Position numbers and translations under genes: made by a program | In this document: piece by piece, positions 60,079 through 64,000 of the stretch | Layout of the letters: every line of letters starts with the position of its first letter | Numbering within the stretch: position 1 is the stretch's first letter | Assembly (NCBI GenBank): GCA_965603825.1 | Contig: CBFDEM010000047.1 | Span: 434,001-498,000, forward strand | From: Blepharisma stoltei ATCC 30299 | Taxonomy: Eukaryota > Protista > Ciliophora | Length of the DNA: 64,000 nucleotides | Reading direction: 5' to 3' | Notes under the pieces: generated by a model | The model's input: the letters and a program-made list of their open reading frames with translations, nothing else | What the model was told of the DNA's origin: nothing | The model's database searches: none

Positions 60079-60613
60079 TAAATTATTAAGCCTGCTATAC
60101 GTTTATTTAATATGGATTAATTTATTTCAGTCCTAGAAATGGAGTCATAAACAAAGGCCAATGAGAAAATATAGTGATTACTAAAAGCTTAAAGAGAGCT
60201 TAGAATAGCTTCTAAAATTATAATCATTTACTGGTTTGCAGATTTTTTATATAAAGGGTTATTTTTTTCAGTATAAGATGAAAAGTAGATAGCTGACTTG
60301 ATATATAAAATACTGAGAAAGAATTTATTTAATCTTTAGCTCACATTGCTCCTTTTAGCAGCAGCAGATGATTCGATATTTTCAGTAAAAGCCATGGCAT
60401 ATTTAAGATAAAAAAATTAACATAAAATCATTTTTTATCGGGTTTGGAAAAAACCCTTTCGCACTTTACGATAATTTTACATAAAAAGTAATCCTTGCTT
60501 GTTTATGTTTCTCTTTTTCGACTTTTTTCAGTATTTTTTAATAGTAGTAAAAAATGTGATTTGAAAGTTGATCGAGGAATTATCATTTTATTAGGCATTA
60601 TTTTTAATTTAAT

Positions 60614-61672
60614 ATGGGAATTTCCTTCAGAAGTATTTTCTCTATTTTTTTCTCTTTAGCTGTTTACTCGTTAGATTGCTATAAGTTCAATTGCAAATCT
60701 TCAGATATGCTGTTTGTGAATGAAACCTGCATTTTTTACGAGCCAACACAGGGGAAATATTGATTAAATGAGTGCCCAAAATACTTTTATTGTCCTATTC
60801 CAGCTCCAATTCAAGAAATAAATTCCACTTGTCAATACATCCCTAAACCCAGTTCGTATTTATGGCCTGGCGAGCCATGCACATCAAACTCTTCTTGCAT
60901 AACAAATGCATGTATAGATTCTATATGCATTGGAAATACTGCTGGAGAATCTTGCAAGAGTGATGGCGATTGCAATCCTGGCTTATTCTGCAATTCAGAA
61001 AAATGCACTCAGCAGATAAATACAGGAAGTTACGGCTGTTCTCGAGATGAAGATTGTGTAAATTCATCATTTTGCAATTTCACAGGAAATCCAGCTACTT
61101 CTATTTGCGTGCTAGGGTACAGTTTGGCTAGTAGCCAAGCAATTGCGAATTGTGAGAATGGAGTTAGCAATTTATGTCAAAATATTGCTTGCATTGGAGG
61201 AAATAATCCAGTATGCAATGTAAAATTGTCATCTCAATTATTGCCGAAGGCATGCCAGAGCTCAAATGACTGTCAGATAGACGGCAATTTATCAGAATAT
61301 TTGCCTAGCTGTGAATGCGCATTTAATCCAAATGGAAAAGCTTATTGTGGGTTATATCCTGGGGATAAGCTTTATCAGCAATACTTAATTATGCTTCAAG
61401 ATTGGATTAAAAGTGATATTATCAATAAATGCAACACAGAAAGAAGAGGAATTTCACCATGCATGCAGGCATATTATCCAAATTATTTAAAGTTGGCTTA
61501 TTACGCATCTCTTGTTTCAGCATATCCACAACTGCAAAATGCTCCAAACTGTGCGCAACAGATTTATTTATCTAATTATTGAGGGTTCCTGCAGCAAATC
61601 AATGACCAAGATGAATATTCCAATTCAAATCAAATCCTTTTATCACTGGCACTTTTGTTTATATTGTATTAA
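60614..61672 (+). CDS. Cys-rich secreted, probably GPI-anchored surface protein
   Basis: Signal peptide, C..D.DC motifs, hydrophobic C-terminus; two TGA=Trp. Confidence 0.8.
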
Positions 61673-61748
61673 CTATATTTTTATATAACATAAAATAGGT
61701 GTTTTATGAATAATAAACCCTTTATTTAATATTAGGACAAATTTATTC

Positions 61749-62675
61749 TTAAAATGCTAAATTAACTGACCCTTTGCATCCAATAATCATGCAGTAATGC
61801 TCCATGAGCATATTCCACTCTTCAAACTCATCCATCCATTCCAACTTCTCCACCCTTTCTCTTTCATGCCTATCAGTGTGTCTATTATAAATCATCAGCA
61901 TGTTATAACCATCCACTCTTTCATAAAATCTTCTAAATCTGTCTAAATGAGAAGCCACCGTCGGATAAGAAACAATTCCTTTAAGCTCGACATGCCTGGC
62001 ATGTAGATTCTGAATCATAGTTCTTCCAAACGGGTCATGAGGCTGGATCATGTCATAATTCAAAAACGCAGAATTAGGATACAGATTTGAGAAGTCTTCA
62101 ATTAAAGAATCTGAGTGCTGGGCTTCCATATAAGCGAGCACACACTCTGCTAATATTAGAGTAGGCGCTGATATATTTGTATGTAAAACTAGTTTTTCCA
62201 TTAAGAATCTGGAGTTTCTTAAATCTGCGTGCAAGAGTTTGTAGTCTCTTGCTAGTATTTCTTGGTTTGGAGTGATGGGAGATGATATCATGGAGAATAA
62301 TTGGGGATTAGAACCAATTATTTGGCTTTTTTGGTTACAAACATCTTCGAAATCGATTTCGACATATTGAAATCGGGCTTCTGGCTTTTCTGTTCTTAAC
62401 AGCCAATAAGCAGTATCAAAGCCAGCGCCGATGGAAATAATTTGTTTATTATCATCATCAATTCTCAAGAATTCTTCAACTGTCATTCTAACTCGATGGA
62501 CTCTTGCCCAGTAGCCACGATTTATAAGAGGAGGCCTTTTCACTGTGTCTCTTGCAAAGAGTGAGATAAAAGGATCGTGAACATAGCCTAGTTGAGTAGC
62601 ATAGCTATATCAAAATTACTTCTTTGAGGAAAGAGCATCTTGTGCTGTAGCTTTTATTGGCTGATCCTCTTGCAT
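61749..62675 (-). CDS. LCMT1: Leucine carboxyl methyltransferase 1 (PP2A methyltransferase)
   Basis: RPPLINRGYWAR, QIISIGAGFDT, PTLILAECVLAYM, DPFGRTM, LEWMDEFEEW; one tiny intron. Confidence 0.95.
62605..62619 (-). other. 15-nt intron
   Basis: GTAATTTTGATATAG, A10, in-frame TAA. Confidence 0.9.
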
Positions 62676-62902
62676 ATTTAAGAATAGATTTATTCTGATA
62701 TCAATAAATAAGGCAGAGAGCATAGTAATAATCTCAAAAATTAAGCAATTGGGATTTTTGCATGTTTTTATTTAATAATAAGAATATTGCATAAGGCATT
62801 AAACTTAAGCATGCTTAAATTGATTGCATTAAAAAAAAAGTGTCCAGAATTGGGAACCATTGCATAATTCCTAATCAATTATGCTAATTATGATAAAAGC
62901 GA

Positions 62903-63622
62903 ATGGAAGCTAAATCAAGCAGATTACAGCACCACACTCGTCTTCCATCAGTAAGTCGCAGAAAAAACTCTCCAAGCCGAAAATGCACAGCCAAAGATTT
63001 GCATCTTCCAGCACTAAGCACAAAAAGAAGTGCATCGCCTTATGCGAGCACATTACTTCAAGTGCCAAGATCTAGACCTCAAACTAAGAATCCCAATCAG
63101 GGGCATCAAAGATTGCTTAATTCAAAGTTTTTTACAAAGCTTATAAAAATTAGTGGAGCGTCAGCATCAACGGCTGATACTGGGGTTGATGACTCAGAAA
63201 ATCCTATAATAGAGCCAGATAGCCCAAAAATATCAGATTTAAATCCTTCAAACAATATAAAAGCTGCTATACATAAAATAGACCCTGGATTCCAGCACTA
63301 TCTTGATTCGGACATGACTTCTGAATTAAAGTGCGATCCAAGGGCACTGTTTAGAGAGTCTATTGAGATTAAAAGAGGAAGAATCATTCAATTAGAATAC
63401 AACGATGTTGTAATTGAGGATTCTCATTTATTGCCTCTAGATTCCGAAAGTCCAAAGTTCTCACGAAGAGGAGGTGTTAGCTCCCCTTTTGATTTGGATG
63501 AGACCCGAAATAATTCTAGGTGGAATTCACCAATTCCTCCTAGGCCTGAAACTCGAAATACATATATGAAGCCTCCAAATTACTGCAGGCATTTTCGATC
63601 TAATTCTAACTTTATATCATAA
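62903..63622 (+). CDS. Hypothetical Ser/Pro/Arg-rich protein
   Basis: 239-aa ATG-TAA ORF. Confidence 0.75.
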   Translation: MEAKSSRLQHHTRLPSVSRRKNSPSRKCTAKDLHLPALSTKRSASPYASTLLQVPRSRPQTKNPNQGHQRLLNSKFFTKLIKISGASASTADTGVDDSENPIIEPDSPKISDLNPSNNIKAAIHKIDPGFQHYLDSDMTSELKCDPRALFRESIEIKRGRIIQLEYNDVVIEDSHLLPLDSESPKFSRRGGVSSPFDLDETRNNSRWNSPIPPRPETRNTYMKPPNYCRHFRSNSNFIS

Positions 63623-63903
63623 TTTTTTGTAAAATGAGTTTAAGTAAATATTATAATTCTATAATAATCAATGCATTTTTCGTTTTATTGATGGTTTTGT
63701 TAAAATTATATGAATAAAATACAAGAAACATTGTATTATTTATTATTTATTATTGAGGTTGATTTTAAAATAAATTTTAATGGATATTGATTTAATATAA
63801 ATGTATAGATCAAGTTTTTTTCCTTTGATATAATTTCTTTTAATCGCTTATAAATTGTTTCTCATCCCCTTAAATCAAAATTTAAATAATAAATAATTTA
63901 TCT

Positions 63904-64000
63904 ATGGAATCTCGAAAACCTGATGCGTGGGGAGTTAAAGAAGTCAGCGAGTGGCTCTCATCTCTTGAACTTGGCCAATATAAACAAAAATTTGAAGCAC
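63904..64000 (+). CDS. SAM-domain protein (5' partial)
   Basis: MESRKPDAWGVKEVSEWLSSLELGQYKQKFE matches the start of a SAM domain. Confidence 0.7.
   Translation, partial: MESRKPDAWGVKEVSEWLSSLELGQYKQKFEA

Noticed and set aside
1-64000. Prokaryotic features (CRISPR arrays, operons, IS elements) or mass pseudogenisation
   Set aside because: Eukaryotic genes with spliceosomal introns; no repeat-spacer arrays or transposases seen; the apparent stops are TGA=Trp or intronic

Overview
AT-rich, gene-dense eukaryotic DNA, most consistent with the macronuclear genome of a heterotrich ciliate (Blepharisma-like). Two properties make the supplied ORF track misleading. First, TGA is a Trp codon: it falls at conserved Trp positions in Top1, bromodomain, CRAL-TRIO, kinase and Tudor-like motifs, and all complete gene models end in TAA/TAG. 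Second, there are tiny 15-16 nt GT-AG introns (18 candidates; all sixteen 15-mers have A at position 10). Re-reading gives about 33 genes. They include a ~3,480-aa Cys-rich multi-pass surface protein, an RP2-like TBCC domain fused to a clathrin-light-chain domain, a ~600-aa topoisomerase IB lacking the usual charged N-terminus, a degenerate GBP, three tandem Bmt/GT91-like beta-mannosyltransferase candidates, three tandem CDPK-like pseudokinases, NDUFAF7, LCMT1, a frameshifted RPS10 and a 2,551-aa protein with a Trp-rich head that never uses TGA. A ~300-nt intergenic island at 38.3-38.6 kb looks like an unassigned structured ncRNA. All family assignments come from motif recognition by eye; no searches were run.
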